NCBI GenBank assembly: GCA_964497095.1
Contig: CAZCCL010000005.1
Span: 1 to 53,063 of the forward strand
Origin: an uncultured Gaiellales bacterium
GTDB taxonomy: Bacteria; Actinomycetota; Thermoleophilia; RBG-16-64-13
Direction: 5' to 3'
DNA: 53,063 nucleotides
Positions 38,854 to 51,387 of the stretch are shown here, piece after piece. The notes under the pieces are model-generated. The model was not told the origin of the DNA. It did not search any database and saw only the letters and a list, made by a program, of their open reading frames with translations. The translations under genes and the position numbers were made by a program. The stretch's first letter is position 1; the number at the start of each line of letters is the position of its first letter.

Positions 38854-39326
38854 CAGATGACTTCCACCTTGCCGCCGGCCGCCTCGATCTTAGCAACCGC
38901 CGCCGCGCTGAAACCGTGGGCCCTTATGGTGAGAGGCTGGGCCAGTTCACCCATCGCCAGGATCTTGACCCGGGCATCCGCCTTCTTGATGATGCCCCGC
39001 TCCAGCAGCGTCTCGGGCGAGACCACCTCACCCTCAGCGAAGACCGCCAGGCGGGAGAGATTGACGGGTGTCGTGCAAGTGCGGAACGGCCCGATGGGCA
39101 TAGCCGTCTTGGCCAGCGGGCCCCGCAGCTTCGGCAGCCTCATGTGCAGAGGCATCTGACCGCCTTCGTACCGGGGCGATATCCGCCCGCCGGAACGCTG
39201 CTTCGAACCTTTGTGGCCCCGGCCCGACGTCTTCCCCAGGCCCGAGCCCTCGCCCCGGCCCACGCGTTTCCTGTCACGCCGGGCCCCAGGGTCGGGTCTC
39301 AGATTGTGTAGGAAGATCTCTCCCAT
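38853..39326 (-). CDS. rplO: 50S ribosomal protein L15
   Basis: 157-aa [32 protein letters not shown]. Confidence 0.96.
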   Translation of the reverse strand: MGEIFLHNLRPDPGARRDRKRVGRGEGSGLGKTSGRGHKGSKQRSGGRISPRYEGGQMPLHMRLPKLRGPLAKTAMPIGPFRTCTTPVNLSRLAVFAEGEVVSPETLLERGIIKKADARVKILAMGELAQPLTIRAHGFSAAAVAKIEAAGGKVEVI

Positions 39327-39328
39327 CT

Positions 39329-39520
39329 TTATCCTTTGTCCTCGATTTCGACGACGTCCACCTGGAGCATGTACGAGATCTTGTGCACCATGCCCCGGAT
39401 GGCGGGCGTGTCTTCGTGATAGACGGTCTGGCCCATACGGCTGATGCCGAGAGCATCCAGCGTGGCCTTGTGGTCCTTCTTACGATTGATGCGGCTCTTG
39501 ACCTGGGTGATCTTCAGCAT
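39329..39520 (-). CDS. rpmD: 50S ribosomal protein L30
   Basis: Internal ATG at 39520 of ORF 39329..39781 gives [54 protein letters not shown] (63 aa). The upstream part of that ORF overlaps rpsE and is spurious. Confidence 0.94.
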   Translation of the reverse strand: MLKITQVKSRINRKKDHKATLDALGISRMGQTVYHEDTPAIRGMVHKISYMLQVDVVEIEDKG

Positions 39521-39524
39521 CGGG

Positions 39525-40106
39525 TCACTCTCCAGCCCCGCCGGTAGTGGCAGTCGCCGGTTCCTCGGTCGCCGCCTGTTCGGCCGCCGCCGGTTCGGCC
39601 GGGCCCAAGCCCAGGATCTCCCGCACGGTCTTGCCCCGCTGCAGGGCGATGTCCTCAGGCCGGCGCAGGGCGCGCAGCCCCTGCTCGGCAGCCCGTACCA
39701 TGTTGATGGGGTTCGTGGTGCCCAGACACTTGGTGAGTACGTCGTGGACCCCACCCAACTCGAGGAGCGCCCGTACCCCACCGCCCGCTATGACCCCCGT
39801 CCCTGCTGAGGCCGGCCTCAACAGAACCCGCCCGGCGCCGTGCCGACCCACGATCTCATGGGTGATGGTCGTGCCGTGCTTGGGTACGACGAACAGGTTC
39901 TTGCGTGCGTCTTCTATAGCCTTCTGGATCGCCAGCGGCACCTCTTTGGCCTTGCCGTAGCCGATGCCCACCGTGCTCTCTCCATCTCCGACCGCGACCA
40001 GAGCCGTGAACGAGAAACGCCGACCGCCCTTGACCACTTTGGCCACGCGGTTGATGTGGATCACGCTCTCCTGAAGGTTAAGCGAATCTGCCTTGATCTG
40101 CGCCAA
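39525..40106 (-). CDS. rpsE: 30S ribosomal protein S5
   Basis: 193-aa [30 protein letters not shown]. Ala/Glu/Thr-rich C-terminal tail. Confidence 0.97.
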   Translation of the reverse strand: MAQIKADSLNLQESVIHINRVAKVVKGGRRFSFTALVAVGDGESTVGIGYGKAKEVPLAIQKAIEDARKNLFVVPKHGTTITHEIVGRHGAGRVLLRPASAGTGVIAGGGVRALLELGGVHDVLTKCLGTTNPINMVRAAEQGLRALRRPEDIALQRGKTVREILGLGPAEPAAAEQAATEEPATATTGGAGE

Positions 40107-40125
40107 TGTGCTACCTCTCTCTCCC

Positions 40126-40482
40126 TCAGAAGTCCAGGCCGCCCTCGCGGGCGCCGTCAGCCAGAGCTTTCACCCGACCGTGATACAGGTAGGGTCCCCT
40201 ATCGAACACCACGCGCTGCACCCCGGCGGCCTTCGCTCTCTCCGCCAGGATCGCCCCGACCTTGGCCGCCTGGTCCTTCTTCGACAGGCCTTTATCGGTG
40301 ACGTGGACGCTACCGGCGCTGGCCAGCGTCCGCCCGGCGCCGTCGTCGATGACTTGGGCCCAGATGGACCGATTGGATCGGAACACGGAGAGACGCGGCC
40401 GCTCGGCGGTGCCGCGCACCTTGCCCCTCACCCGGGTCGAACGCCTCTCCCGAGACCGGTTCTTGTCGTCTTGATAAGCCAT
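40126..40482 (-). CDS. rplR: 50S ribosomal protein L18
   Basis: 118-aa [62 protein letters not shown]. Confidence 0.97.
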   Translation of the reverse strand: MAYQDDKNRSRERRSTRVRGKVRGTAERPRLSVFRSNRSIWAQVIDDGAGRTLASAGSVHVTDKGLSKKDQAAKVGAILAERAKAAGVQRVVFDRGPYLYHGRVKALADGAREGGLDF

Positions 40483-40496
40483 TTAGACCTCTTCCT

Positions 40497-41030
40497 CTAC
40501 GCCCGCTTACCCACTTTGCGCCGCACCACTTCGCCCTCGTAGCGGATGCCTTTGCCTTTGTAAGGCTCGGGCTTACGGAGCGCACGGATCTCGGCGGCTA
40601 CCTGGCCGACGCGCTGTTTGTCGATGCCCTTGACCACGATCTGCGTCGGAGTGGGCACTTCGAACTCGATGTTCTCCGGCGCCGATACCACCACGGGATG
40701 GGAATAGCCGACCAGGATCTCCAGGTCCGAGCCTTTCTTGGAGGCCCGATAGCCGACTCCCACGATCTCGAGCTTCTTCTCGAAACCCGTGGTCACCCCC
40801 GTGACCATGTTGAAGATCAGCGAACGAGTGAGACCGTGGAGAGCGCGGTTCGGCGCGGTGTCGTCGGGCCGGGACACGGTCATCACGCCGTCGGCCAGGG
40901 TGACCCGCATGTCGGCGTGGATCTTCTGGCTCAGTTCCCCTTTGGGACCCTTGACGGCGACGTTGTTTCCGGCGATAGTCACCTGAACTTCGCCGGGTAC
41001 TGTTATCGGTGCTCTTCCTATCCTAGACAT
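40497..41030 (-). CDS. rplF: 50S ribosomal protein L6
   Basis: The ATG at 41030 gives [33 protein letters not shown]. The longer ORF to 41069 would overlap rpsH. Confidence 0.96.
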   Translation of the reverse strand: MSRIGRAPITVPGEVQVTIAGNNVAVKGPKGELSQKIHADMRVTLADGVMTVSRPDDTAPNRALHGLTRSLIFNMVTGVTTGFEKKLEIVGVGYRASKKGSDLEILVGYSHPVVVSAPENIEFEVPTPTQIVVKGIDKQRVGQVAAEIRALRKPEPYKGKGIRYEGEVVRRKVGKRA

Positions 41031-41034
41031 ATCG

Positions 41035-41433
41035 CTACCAGACGAAACAAATGACTTCGCCGCCCACACCCTGCCGCTGCGCCTCCCGAGCAGTCATCAG
41101 ACCCCGCGAGGTGGAGATGACGGCCGTGCCCAGGCCTCCCAAGACCTTGGGGAGGTTGTCTTTCTTGGCGTAGATGCGGCGGCCCGGCTTGCTGACCCTC
41201 TTGACCTGCGAGATCACGCGGCGACGGCCGTCGGTGTATTTGAGTTCGATCACCAACTTATCGAAACTGCCTTCCTTGACGACCGAGTACCCTGTGATAT
41301 AGCCCTCTTCTTTGAGCACCCGGGCCAACTCGACCTTCTGCCCTGACGAAGGCATCTCGACCTGAGCGTGGAGCGCCTTGTTGGCGTTCCGGATGCGGGT
41401 CAGCATATCGGCGATGGGATCGGTGTGTGGCAT
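41035..41433 (-). CDS. rpsH: 30S ribosomal protein S8
   Basis: 132-aa [16 protein letters not shown]. Confidence 0.97.
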   Translation of the reverse strand: MPHTDPIADMLTRIRNANKALHAQVEMPSSGQKVELARVLKEEGYITGYSVVKEGSFDKLVIELKYTDGRRRVISQVKRVSKPGRRIYAKKDNLPKVLGGLGTAVISTSRGLMTAREAQRQGVGGEVICFVW

Positions 41434-41441
41434 GACCCCTC

Positions 41442-41627
41442 CTACCAGCTCGACTTGGTGATCCCAGGGATCAGTCCCTGGTGGGCCAGTTCACGCAGAC
41501 AGATACGGCACACGCCGAACCGGCGCACGTAGCCGCGCGGCCGACCGCAGCGGAAGCAGCGGCTGTGCGCCCTGACGGCGTACTTCTGCGGGCGCCGCGC
41601 CTTAGCGATCATCGACTTCTTTGCCAT
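41442..41627 (-). CDS. rpsZ: 30S ribosomal protein S14, type Z (zinc-binding, 61 aa)
   Basis: 61-aa [58 protein letters not shown] with CxxC...CxxC. Confidence 0.96.
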   Translation of the reverse strand: MAKKSMIAKARRPQKYAVRAHSRCFRCGRPRGYVRRFGVCRICLRELAHQGLIPGITKSSW

Positions 41628-41646
41628 GCGCTGTTGCTCCTATCCT

Positions 41647-42195
41647 TCAGCTCTCGCGGAAGGGCATGCCCATCAATCTGAGGAGCGCCCGTCCCTCGTC
41701 GTCCGTCTTGGCCGTGGTGGTGATGGCGATGTCGAGCCCCCGGATGCGATCGATCTTGTCGTAGTCGATCTCCGGGAAGATGATCTGCTCTTTCACGCCC
41801 AGGTTGTAGTTGCCGTGACCGTCGAAGCTCTCGACCCCCACTCCCCGGAAGTCCCGGATACGGGGCAAGGCGACGCTGACGAGCCGATCGAGCATCTCGT
41901 ACATGCGGTCGCCCCGCAGGGTGACCCGCAACCCGACCGGCATACCGGTCCGCAACTTGAAGTTGGCCACCGACCTGCGCGCGCGCCGCACCTGCGGCTT
42001 CTGTCCGGTAATCTGGGCGAGTTGAAGCGAAGCTTCTTCCATCGCTTTGGCGTCGTGCGTACCCTCACCCACCCCCATGTTGAGGGTCAGCTTCATGACC
42101 TTGGGTACCTGCATGACGTTCTTGTAGCCGAACTCCTCCCGCATCGCGGGCACGATCTCGGCCAGATACTTCTCCTTGAGCCTGGGTACCGCCAT
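41647..42195 (-). CDS. rplE: 50S ribosomal protein L5
   Basis: 182-aa [42 protein letters not shown]. Confidence 0.97.
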   Translation of the reverse strand: MAVPRLKEKYLAEIVPAMREEFGYKNVMQVPKVMKLTLNMGVGEGTHDAKAMEEASLQLAQITGQKPQVRRARRSVANFKLRTGMPVGLRVTLRGDRMYEMLDRLVSVALPRIRDFRGVGVESFDGHGNYNLGVKEQIIFPEIDYDKIDRIRGLDIAITTTAKTDDEGRALLRLMGMPFRES

Positions 42196-42197
42196 CG

Positions 42198-42545
42198 CTA
42201 ACCCTTATCCACCTGGACGTTACAGTTCTTGCAGTAGCGCACCTTGTCCTCGCCCTCCATACGGACACCCACCCGGACGGGCTGACCACAGCTGGGGCAG
42301 ACCAACCTGACACTGCTGATGTGCATACTGGCTTCCCGCTCTATGACCCCGCCTTGAGGGGTCTTCTGCGAGGGACGCACGTGCCGCTTGATGAAGTTGA
42401 CTCTCTCCACCACCACGCGCTCTTCGCCCGTCAGCACGCGCAGGACCTTGCCGCGCTTGCCGGCTTCCTTGCCCTGCATGACCTGCACGGTATCGCCCTT
42501 CTTGATGCGGACCTTCTTCTTCTGCGTCGTCACTCGGGCCATCAC
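42198..42545 (-). CDS. rplX: 50S ribosomal protein L24 with C-terminal zinc-ribbon
   Basis: [23 protein letters not shown] (KOW motif), then CPSCGQP...CKNC as in Thermus-type L24. The start is either GTG 42545 or ATG 42542 (TGATG overlap with the rplN stop). Confidence 0.95.
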   Translation of the reverse strand: MMARVTTQKKKVRIKKGDTVQVMQGKEAGKRGKVLRVLTGEERVVVERVNFIKRHVRPSQKTPQGGVIEREASMHISSVRLVCPSCGQPVRVGVRMEGEDKVRYCKNCNVQVDKG

Positions 42546-42910
42546 AGCACCTCCGGCGCCAGCGAGACGATCTTCGCGAAGTTCTTCTCGCGCAATTCCC
42601 GGCCCACGGGTCCGAAGATCCGGGTGCCTCGAGGGTTCATCTGCCGGTCGATCAACACGGCCGCGTTCTCGTCGAAGCCGATGTATGTGCCGTCCCGACG
42701 GCCGTATTCCTTCTTCACACGGACGACAACTGCCTGCACCACATCACCCTTCTTGACCGAACCGCCGGGGATGGCCTCCTTGACCGCCCCGACGATGACG
42801 TCACCCACCCCGGCGTAGCGTCGCTGCGACCCGCCCTTGATGCGGATGCAGAGCAGCTCACGCGCGCCGGTATTGTCGGCCACTTTGAGTCTTGTCTCCA
42901 CCTGTATCAT
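42542..42910 (-). CDS. rplN: 50S ribosomal protein L14
   Basis: 122-aa [31 protein letters not shown]. Confidence 0.98.
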   Translation of the reverse strand: MIQVETRLKVADNTGARELLCIRIKGGSQRRYAGVGDVIVGAVKEAIPGGSVKKGDVVQAVVVRVKKEYGRRDGTYIGFDENAAVLIDRQMNPRGTRIFGPVGRELREKNFAKIVSLAPEVL

Positions 42911-42939
42911 CGTGTTTCACCCATCTCCTACCGGCGGGG

Positions 42940-43203
42940 CTATTCGGCCCGCGTGAGCACCTTGATGAGGCGCCAAGTCTTGTCACGAGAGAGCGGCCGG
43001 CATTCACGCACGAGGACCGTGTCTCCTACCCGAGCCTCGTTCTGCTCGTCGTGGGCCTTCAGGCGACTGCTGGTCCGCACCACCTTCTTGTACTGGGCGT
43101 GCGGCCGCACCGCGCTCACCTGCACGACGATGGTCTTGTCCATCTTGTCGGAGACGACCACGCCCTGCCGCTCCCGTTGCCTTGTCGCTCGCTGCTCGGC
43201 CAT
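42940..43203 (-). CDS. rpsQ: 30S ribosomal protein S17
   Basis: 87-aa ORF. RQGVVVSDKMDKTIVVQV..HAQYKKVVRTSSRLKAHDE. Confidence 0.96.
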   Translation of the reverse strand: MAEQRATRQRERQGVVVSDKMDKTIVVQVSAVRPHAQYKKVVRTSSRLKAHDEQNEARVGDTVLVRECRPLSRDKTWRLIKVLTRAE

Positions 43204-43403
43204 CAGAACTCCCTCGCCCGTTCTCTCGCGGATTGCACCGTCATGATCCTGGCGATATCCTGGCGCACCTGGCGAAGGCGGCTGGTGTTCTCCAGCTGAC
43301 CGGCAGCGTGCTGGAACCGCAGGTTGAACAGCTCTTCCCGCGACTGCCTGAGACGCTGGACCAATTCCTCGTCGGCGAGTTCGACCAAGTCCTTAGCCTT
43401 CAA
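43203..43403 (-). CDS. rpmC: 50S ribosomal protein L29
   Basis: 66-aa [39 protein letters not shown]. Confidence 0.95.
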   Translation of the reverse strand: MKAKDLVELADEELVQRLRQSREELFNLRFQHAAGQLENTSRLRQVRQDIARIMTVQSARERAREF

Positions 43404-43818
43404 TGCCTACATCCTCCCTGGTCGCGAACCTGCATTTCACGGGAAGTTTGTGAGCCGCCAACCGGATGGCTTCTCTGGCGAGATCCTCGCTGACCCCCGC
43501 CAGTTCGAACATCACCCGGCCCGGCTTGACCACAGCCACCCATTGATCGGGCGAGCCCTTGCCCGAGCCCATCCGGGTCTCCGCGGGCTTCTTCGTGATG
43601 GGCTTCTGCGGGAAGATGTTGATCCACACCTTCCCCCCGCGCTTGATCTTCCGGGTCATGGCGATACGAGCAGCCTCGATCTGCCTGCCGGTGATCCACC
43701 CAGGCTCGAGGGCCTGCAGGCCGTATTCGCCGAACTGGACCGAGGTCTGGCCTTTCGACTTCCCGGCCATGCGGCCCCGATGTTGTTTGCGGTGCTTGAC
43801 CCGTTTTGGTAGTAGCAT
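43393..43818 (-). CDS. rplP: 50S ribosomal protein L16
   Basis: 141-aa [22 protein letters not shown]. Confidence 0.98.
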   Translation of the reverse strand: MLLPKRVKHRKQHRGRMAGKSKGQTSVQFGEYGLQALEPGWITGRQIEAARIAMTRKIKRGGKVWINIFPQKPITKKPAETRMGSGKGSPDQWVAVVKPGRVMFELAGVSEDLAREAIRLAAHKLPVKCRFATREDVGIEG

Positions 43819-43909
43819 CTTCTATCCTTTTCCTCCCGGTCCCCCGTCCGACGTCCACGGGCCCGGGCGTTTCCCAGCCTGGACCGGACGCCGAGCCGAC
43901 CGGCGACCG

Positions 43910-44584
43910 TCACCCTATGCGGGCCTCCGCCTGCCCCCGGGAACCTTGCTCGAACCCCTCGGGCATGATCTCACCCTTGTTTATCCAAACCTTGACGCCG
44001 ATCTTGCCGAAGGTCGTATCGGCCTCGCAGAAACCGTAGTCGATATCGGCTCGGAGCGTGTGCAGCGGCACCCGCCCCTCGCTGTAGCCCTCGATGCGAG
44101 CCATCTCCGCGCCGCCCAGGCGCCCTCCCGACCTGACTTTGATGCCCACAGCGCCCGACCGCATGGCGGAGGTGATAGCCCGCTTCATAGCCCTCCGGAA
44201 GCTCACCCGGTTCGCAAGCTGCTCAGCGATGGACTGAGCGACCAGATTGGCATCGAGTTCCGGCCGTTTGATCTCGACGATGTTGACATGGACGGCCTTG
44301 CCCGTCATCTCGTGCAGGTCGCGCCTGAGCGCGTCGACTTCCGAGCCCGACTTGCCGATGACGATGCCCGGACGGGCGGTATGGATGTCCACCACCACCT
44401 TGTTGGTGTCCTTCCGGATGATGATGGTGGAGAGGCCGGCGTGCCCCATCTTCTCCTGGATGTGCTTACGGATCGCCAGGTCCTCCTGAAGGAACCCGGC
44501 GAACTGCTTCTCGGTGTACCACTGAGCCTTCCACTCGTGGATGATGCCGAGCCGCATGCCTCCCGGATGAACTTTCTGACCCAC
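43910..44584 (-). CDS. rpsC: 30S ribosomal protein S3
   Basis: 224-aa [28 protein letters not shown] domain, [10 protein letters not shown]. Confidence 0.97.
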   Translation of the reverse strand: MGQKVHPGGMRLGIIHEWKAQWYTEKQFAGFLQEDLAIRKHIQEKMGHAGLSTIIIRKDTNKVVVDIHTARPGIVIGKSGSEVDALRRDLHEMTGKAVHVNIVEIKRPELDANLVAQSIAEQLANRVSFRRAMKRAITSAMRSGAVGIKVRSGGRLGGAEMARIEGYSEGRVPLHTLRADIDYGFCEADTTFGKIGVKVWINKGEIMPEGFEQGSRGQAEARIG

Positions 44585-44587
44585 CTG

Positions 44588-44926
44588 CTACGACTCCTTT
44601 ATCTCGTCGACGCACACGGTGATGTGACTGGTCCTTTTGCGTATGCGGCTGGCCCGTCCCATGGCCCGCGGCCGGAACCGCTTGATGATGGGGCCGCCGT
44701 TCGCGTACGCCTGGACCACGTAGAGGTCGTCGGCGTCGAGATCGTGATTGTTCTCGGCGTTTGCTACGGCGGAGTCGAGCACCTTACCCACCAGCTTGGC
44801 CGCGGCCCGAGGGGTCAGCGCCAGGATGGCCTTGGCTTCGGCCACGGGCTTGCCCCTGATCAGCCGGGCCACGTCACCGGCCTTGCGCGGTGAGACCCTG
44901 ACGTACTTGGCGGTAGCGTTGACCAT
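44588..44926 (-). CDS. rplV: 50S ribosomal protein L22
   Basis: 112-aa [33 protein letters not shown]. Confidence 0.97.
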   Translation of the reverse strand: MVNATAKYVRVSPRKAGDVARLIRGKPVAEAKAILALTPRAAAKLVGKVLDSAVANAENNHDLDADDLYVVQAYANGGPIIKRFRPRAMGRASRIRKRTSHITVCVDEIKES

Positions 44927-44929
44927 GCC

Positions 44930-45214
44930 CTACTTCCTCCTCATGCGGCGCTCTTTGTTGCCGCCGTGCCCACGGAAGGTGCGGGTCAGCGCGAACTCGC
45001 CCAACCGGTGACCCACCATGCTCTCGGTGATGTAGATAGGGACGTGCTTCCGTCCGTCGTGGACGGCGATCGTGTGTCCGATCATCTCCGGATAGATGGT
45101 TGATGCCCGGGACCAGGTCTTGAGCATGCGCTTCTCGCCGGTCTCGTTCATGGCCTCGACCCGCTTCATCAGCCGTTCTTCAACGAAGGGAGCTTTTTTG
45201 CTTGAACGCGCCAC
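44930..45214 (-). CDS. rpsS: 30S ribosomal protein S19
   Basis: 94-aa [46 protein letters not shown]. Confidence 0.97.
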   Translation of the reverse strand: MARSSKKAPFVEERLMKRVEAMNETGEKRMLKTWSRASTIYPEMIGHTIAVHDGRKHVPIYITESMVGHRLGEFALTRTFRGHGGNKERRMRRK

Positions 45215-45223
45215 GATGTCCTA

Positions 45224-46057
45224 CTACCTCCCTTTCCCCCGTCGCCTGACGATGTACTTGGTCGAGGGTTTGTTGCGTTTGCGGGTCTTGTGACCCAGCG
45301 TGGGGACGCCCCAGGGCGTCACGGGATTGCGTCCTGGAGGCGTAGAGCCTTCACCTCCGCCGTGCGGGTGGTCGACCGGGTTCATCGTGGTACCACGGAC
45401 TGTGGGTCGGACCCCTTTCCAGCGCCTGCGTCCCGCCTTGCCGGTGGTGAGGTTTTCGTACTCGGCGTTGCCGATCTCGCCCACCGTGGCCCGGCACTCC
45501 ATCCGCAGCATGCGCATCTCGCCTGAGGGGAGACGCAGGATGGCGTAGTTCCCTTCCTTGGCCATGACCTGGGCCGAAGTGCCGGCCGATCGGGCGATCT
45601 GCCCTCCGCGGCCCTTGTAGAGCTCGATGTTGTGCACCACGGTCCCCACAGGGATATTGCGCAGGGGGAGGGCGCAACCTACCCTGATATCGGCCCCGGG
45701 ACCGGCCTCGACGGTGGCTCCCACCGCCAAGCGTTCGGGCGCCAGGATATAGCGCTTTTCGCCGTCCTTGTAGACGATCAACGCGATGCGGCAGTTGCGA
45801 TTGGGATCGTACTCGATGGCAGCGACCCGACCGGGCACGCCGTCCTTGTCGCGCTTGAAATCGATCACCCGGTAGCGGCGCTTGTGACCGCCACCCTGGT
45901 GGCGCGTGGTGATCCGACCGTTGTTGTTCCGACCCCCGTTCCGCTTCAGCGGGCGGGTGAGAGCCTTTTCCGGTTTGCTCTTGGTGACTTCGTTGAAGGC
46001 AGGCGTCGTCGCGAACCTGCGTCCGGGAGAGGTCGGCTTGTAGCTCTTTATCGCCAT
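45224..46057 (-). CDS. rplB: 50S ribosomal protein L2
   Basis: The ATG at 46057 gives [15 protein letters not shown]. The C-terminal part has [13 protein letters not shown]. The ORF extension to 46120 overlaps rplW and is rejected. Confidence 0.97.
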   Translation of the reverse strand: MAIKSYKPTSPGRRFATTPAFNEVTKSKPEKALTRPLKRNGGRNNNGRITTRHQGGGHKRRYRVIDFKRDKDGVPGRVAAIEYDPNRNCRIALIVYKDGEKRYILAPERLAVGATVEAGPGADIRVGCALPLRNIPVGTVVHNIELYKGRGGQIARSAGTSAQVMAKEGNYAILRLPSGEMRMLRMECRATVGEIGNAEYENLTTGKAGRRRWKGVRPTVRGTTMNPVDHPHGGGEGSTPPGRNPVTPWGVPTLGHKTRKRNKPSTKYIVRRRGKGR

Positions 46058-46079
46058 GTGTGTTCCCGCGTCCCTTCCT

Positions 46080-46364
46080 CTACGTCGCGCCGAAGAACTC
46101 GATCCGATTGCCCGGAGCAAGCTCCACCACTGCCTTCTTCCAACGCTTGGTCACCCCGGCGTGGGCACCCCTGCGCTTGGGCTTCGGCTTCATGTTGATG
46201 GTCTGCACGCCGATGACCTTGACGTTGAAGATCTCCTCCACGGCGGCACGAATATGGGGCTTGGTGGCCCGGTAGTTGACTTCGAACGAATACCGGTTGT
46301 TATCAACAGCCTGGTAGCTCTTCTCAGAGATGATAGGGCGGATGATGATCTGCCGTGCGTCCAC
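46080..46364 (-). CDS. rplW: 50S ribosomal protein L23
   Basis: 94-aa [40 protein letters not shown]. Confidence 0.96.
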   Translation of the reverse strand: MDARQIIIRPIISEKSYQAVDNNRYSFEVNYRATKPHIRAAVEEIFNVKVIGVQTINMKPKPKRRGAHAGVTKRWKKAVVELAPGNRIEFFGAT

Positions 46365-47002
46365 TACGACTCACCGCCTTCGCTCAAGCCACCTTCCAGG
46401 AAGGAGACGGCGCTTTCGGTAAACAGCAGGCTCTTGGCCCACACGTAGTCCTGCACCTCGGCTTCGCCCACGGTTAGGGCGCGAGTGCCGGCCAGGTTGC
46501 GGAAGCTCTTGAGGGCGGAGAGCTCCTCAGCGCCCACCAGGACGAGCAGCGGCCTGTCCAACTCGGTCTTGTCGAGGATGGAGGCCGCGCGTTTGGTCGA
46601 GGGCTCGTCGAAGACGGTGCCGGACAGCACCCGGACCGTCCCACCGGCTACGAGGTCGCCAAGAGCCATGCGGAAGGCCTGTACTTTGACTTTCTTGTTC
46701 ACCTTCTTCGCGTAGCTTCGCGGAATGGGCGGAAAAGCCATGCCTCCGCCGGTGAACTGCGACACCTTGCCCGAGCCCACTCGGGCCCGGCCGGTGCCCT
46801 TCTGCCGCCATTGCTTGCCCCCCGAACCCGCGACCTCGCTCCGTCCCTTAGCCGATGCGGTGCCCCGTCGGTGACCGGCCAGTTCGGCGGTCACCACCTG
46901 GTGGAGAAGACCGACCTTGACCTCATCCTGCACCAGCGCGCCGGCCAGCTCGTGCCGGCCGATGACCGCGCCGTTCTCGTCGATTCTGTCGATGGATGGC
47001 AT
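46364..47002 (-). CDS. rplD: 50S ribosomal protein L4
   Basis: 212-aa ORF. GGKQWRQKGTGRARVGS. Confidence 0.96.
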   Translation of the reverse strand: MPSIDRIDENGAVIGRHELAGALVQDEVKVGLLHQVVTAELAGHRRGTASAKGRSEVAGSGGKQWRQKGTGRARVGSGKVSQFTGGGMAFPPIPRSYAKKVNKKVKVQAFRMALGDLVAGGTVRVLSGTVFDEPSTKRAASILDKTELDRPLLVLVGAEELSALKSFRNLAGTRALTVGEAEVQDYVWAKSLLFTESAVSFLEGGLSEGGES

Positions 47003-47006
47003 AGGG

Positions 47007-47621
47007 TTAACCTCTGATCACGACCAAGGAGCCCTTGCTCCCCGGGATCGAGCCTTTGACCAGTACCAGGTCCTTCTCCGGATCGGTCCCGACCACGGTG
47101 AGACCCGTCTGTGTGACCCGCGCGCTCCCCATGTGTCCGGGAAGCCGGCTCCCCGGGAACACCCGGGCCGGGTCGGCCGAAGCCCCGATGGACCCCGGAG
47201 CGCGGTGGAAGTGAGCGCCGTGGTAGCCGGGACCACCGGCAAACCCATGCCGCTTCACGACACCCTGAAAGCCCTTGCCCTTGCTGACTCCGGTCACCTT
47301 GACCCGGTCGCCGAGCGAGAACACGTCCACCGTCACGGTATCCCCGACCGCCAGATCCTCTTCACCCCGCACTTCGACGAGATGGCGTTTAGGAGTGGTC
47401 ACCCCCGCCTTCTTGAGATGTCCGAGCAAGGGCTTGTTCAACCGCTTGGCCTTGACATCGCCGAAGGCGATCTGGGTGGCGGCGTAGCCGTCCTTCTCGA
47501 CCGTCTTCTTCTGAGTGACCACGCAGGGCCCAGCCTGGATGACGGTACAGCGGACGATGGTGCCGTCCTCGTTGAAAAACTGGGTCATGCCCAGCTTTGT
47601 GCCTAACAGCGTCTTCATCAC
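47007..47621 (-). CDS. rplC: 50S ribosomal protein L3
   Basis: 204-aa [46 protein letters not shown]. Confidence 0.97.
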   Translation of the reverse strand: MMKTLLGTKLGMTQFFNEDGTIVRCTVIQAGPCVVTQKKTVEKDGYAATQIAFGDVKAKRLNKPLLGHLKKAGVTTPKRHLVEVRGEEDLAVGDTVTVDVFSLGDRVKVTGVSKGKGFQGVVKRHGFAGGPGYHGAHFHRAPGSIGASADPARVFPGSRLPGHMGSARVTQTGLTVVGTDPEKDLVLVKGSIPGSKGSLVVIRG

Positions 47622-47926
47622 AGTTTGATCTCTATGTCCACACCCGCGGGCAGATCCATGCGCATCAGAGAGTCCACCGTCTTGGGGGTGGGCTGGTGGA
47701 TATCGATCAGACGTTTGTGGGTCCTGATCTCGAAGTGCTCCCGCGAGTCCTTGTCCTTGAACGGGCTCCTGATAACGCAGTAGACGTTCTTCTCCGTCGG
47801 CAGCGGAACAGGGCCGGAGATGGTGGCGCCGGTGCGCTCCGCCGTCTCGACGATGCTCCGCGCGCTCCTATCGACCAGCTCGTGGTCGTAGGCCTTGAGC
47901 CTGATACGTATCTTCTGTTGCGCCAC
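47618..47926 (-). CDS. rpsJ: 30S ribosomal protein S10
   Basis: 102-aa [40 protein letters not shown]. Confidence 0.98.
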   Translation of the reverse strand: MAQQKIRIRLKAYDHELVDRSARSIVETAERTGATISGPVPLPTEKNVYCVIRSPFKDKDSREHFEIRTHKRLIDIHQPTPKTVDSLMRMDLPAGVDIEIKL

Positions 47927-47936
47927 CGCGTGACTC

Positions 47937-49142
<1,206 letters not shown>

Positions 49143-49223
49143 TGATTCCTCCCTTTCTTCCTGAGTCACTCAGGCAGCCGCCGCAGCCAGGCGGCCCGTT
49201 TCCTTACTCCGTGATCCTCATAC

Positions 49224-51353
49224 TCAGTTGTTCAAGCCTCTGCCGCCCTGCTGGGCGATTATCTCCTGCGCGATGACGCCGGGCACCTCAGCGTAGTGGC
49301 TGAACTGCATGGTGTACGTGGCCCGTCCCTGGGTCATGGAACGGAGGTCGGTAGCATATCCGAACATCTGCGCCAGCGGCACGGCCGCCCGGATGACCTG
49401 TGCTCCCGCCCTGGGTTCCATACCCGCGATGTGGCCACGGCGACTATTGAGATCGCCTATGACGTCGCCCATGTACTCCTCGGGCACGACCACTTCCACA
49501 TCTTCCACGGGTTCGAGCAACACCGGGTGTGCCTTCTTGGCCGCTTCCCGGAAAGCCATGGAACCCGCGATCTTGAAAGCCATCTCCGAGGAGTCCACAT
49601 CGTGGTAGGAGCCGTCCACCAACTCGACCTTCACGTCCTCCACGGGGAACCCGGCCAAGACCCCCGTCTCCATGGCCTCGATAATGCCCGCCTGGACGGC
49701 CGGGACGTACTCCTTGGGAACGGCGCCCCCGACGATCTTGTTCTCGAACGCGAACCCCGCCCCATATTCGTTGGGCTCCATATTGATGACCACGTGGCCG
49801 TACTGGCCCCGACCGCCGGTCTGGCGCACAAACCGCCCCTCGACCTTGGCCACCGCTTTGGTGACCCCCTCGCGGTAGGCCACCTGGGGCCGGCCGACAT
49901 TCGCGTCGACCTTGAACTCGCGCAGCAGGCGATCGACGATGATCTCCAGATGCAGTTCGCCCATGCCGGCGATGATGGTCTGACCCGTATCCTCGTCGGT
50001 ACGCACCCGGAAGGTGGGGTCCTCGTCCGCCAGCTTCATCAAGCTGTCGGAGAGCCGGTCCTGGTCGGCCTTGGTCTTGGGCTCGATGGCCACGAAGATG
50101 ACGGGCTCGGGAAACTCGATGGACTCCAGGATGACGGCCCCACTCGCGTCGCATAGGGTATCGCCGGTGGTGGTGCTCTTCAGGCCGACCGCAGCGGCGA
50201 TGTCCCCGGCGAACACCTGGGTGATGTCCTCACGGTGGTTGGCGTGCATCTGGAGGATGCGCCCGACCCGCTCCTTCTTCTGCTTGCTGGAGTTGAAGAC
50301 ATAGGATCCCGCCTTGAGGCTCCCGGAATACACGCGGAAGTAGGTGAGCTTGCCCACGAAGGGGTCGGACATGATCTTGAAGGCGATGGCCGAGAACGGC
50401 TCTTGGTCGTCGGCATGCCGGACGACCACCTTACCGTTGTGGGGATTGACGCCCTCGACCGGAGGAACGTCCATCGGCGAGGGGAGGTAGTCGATCACGG
50501 CGTCGAGCAGCATCTGCACGCCCTTGTTCTTGAAGGAGGACCCACAGAGCACCGGGGTGAGGGCGATATCCAAAGTGGCCCGCCGGATAGCGGCCTTGAG
50601 ACGGTCTTCACCGATCTCTTCGCCCTCCAGATAGTCCATCATCAGATGGTCGTCGCGCTCGGCCAGCGTCTCGATCATATGAGCGCGCTCGGCCAGGGCG
50701 CGGTCCAGCATCTCCTCGGGGATAGCGGCCTCGTCCCACTCCACCCCCATCTCGTCCTCGAAGACGTAGGCGACCATCCGCACCAGATCGATGATCCCTC
50801 TGAACTTCTCCTCGCGGCCCAGAGGCAGTTGGATGACGAGTGGACGGGCATGAAGCCGGTCGACCATCATCTGCACGCCTTGAGCGAAGTCCGCTCCCAC
50901 CCGGTCCATCTTGTTGACAAAGGCGATCCGGGGCACCCGGTACTTATCGGCCTGCCGCCACACCGTCTCCGACTGAGGTTCGACCCCGGCGACCGAGCAG
51001 AAAAGAGCTATAGCGCCATCAAGCACTCGGAGGGAGCGCTCCACTTCCATAGTAAAGTCCACGTGCCCGGGTGTGTCTATGATGTTGATGCGATGATCGC
51101 GCCACGCACAGGTGGTAGCCGCCGAAGTGATCGTGATGCCCCGCTCCTGCTCCTGGGCCATCCAGTCCATGACCGCGGCACCGTCGTGCACCTCACCGAT
51201 CTTGTAGGTACGACCGGTGTAGTAGAGCATCCGCTCCGTGGTCGTGGTCTTGCCGGCATCGATGTGGGCCATGATTCCGATGTTGCGGACCATCGCCAGC
51301 GGATGCCGCTGGGCCGTCTTGCTTTCGGGTCTATGTGCAGTCGCTTGTGCCAA
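49224..51353 (-). CDS. fusA: elongation factor G
   Basis: [37 protein letters not shown] and the full five-domain length are present. The start is uncertain. The longest ORF begins at TTG 51407 and overlaps rpsG by 20 nt. I list TTG 51353. The true start may lie between 51300 and 51407. Confidence 0.95.
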   Translation of the reverse strand: MAQATAHRPESKTAQRHPLAMVRNIGIMAHIDAGKTTTTERMLYYTGRTYKIGEVHDGAAVMDWMAQEQERGITITSAATTCAWRDHRINIIDTPGHVDFTMEVERSLRVLDGAIALFCSVAGVEPQSETVWRQADKYRVPRIAFVNKMDRVGADFAQGVQMMVDRLHARPLVIQLPLGREEKFRGIIDLVRMVAYVFEDEMGVEWDEAAIPEEMLDRALAERAHMIETLAERDDHLMMDYLEGEEIGEDRLKAAIRRATLDIALTPVLCGSSFKNKGVQMLLDAVIDYLPSPMDVPPVEGVNPHNGKVVVRHADDQEPFSAIAFKIMSDPFVGKLTYFRVYSGSLKAGSYVFNSSKQKKERVGRILQMHANHREDITQVFAGDIAAAVGLKSTTTGDTLCDASGAVILESIEFPEPVIFVAIEPKTKADQDRLSDSLMKLADEDPTFRVRTDEDTGQTIIAGMGELHLEIIVDRLLREFKVDANVGRPQVAYREGVTKAVAKVEGRFVRQTGGRGQYGHVVINMEPNEYGAGFAFENKIVGGAVPKEYVPAVQAGIIEAMETGVLAGFPVEDVKVELVDGSYHDVDSSEMAFKIAGSMAFREAAKKAHPVLLEPVEDVEVVVPEEYMGDVIGDLNSRRGHIAGMEPRAGAQVIRAAVPLAQMFGYATDLRSMTQGRATYTMQFSHYAEVPGVIAQEIIAQQGGRGLNN

Positions 51354-51387
51354 TGTCTTTCTCGCGGACCGAGTCAGCGTTTCCTCA

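Noticed and set aside
43819-43909. Possibility that the rpsC-rplP gap is a frameshifted or read-through S3 C-terminal extension.
   Set aside because: Translation past the TGA gives [34 protein letters not shown]. This then runs on out of frame through rplP. It is unlike any S3 tail, and rplP has its own RBS.
49143-49169. N-terminal extensions offered by the longest-ORF track for tuf (to 49169), rplB (46120), rplF (41069), rpsL (52375), rpmD (39781), infA (36072), rpmE (20193), DUF1385 (19378), the small membrane protein (22072) and the PNP-like gene (1471).
   Set aside because: The extensions overlap upstream genes or add non-conserved residues before canonical N-termini. Internal ATG/GTG/TTG codons with Shine-Dalgarno sequences give the expected protein lengths.
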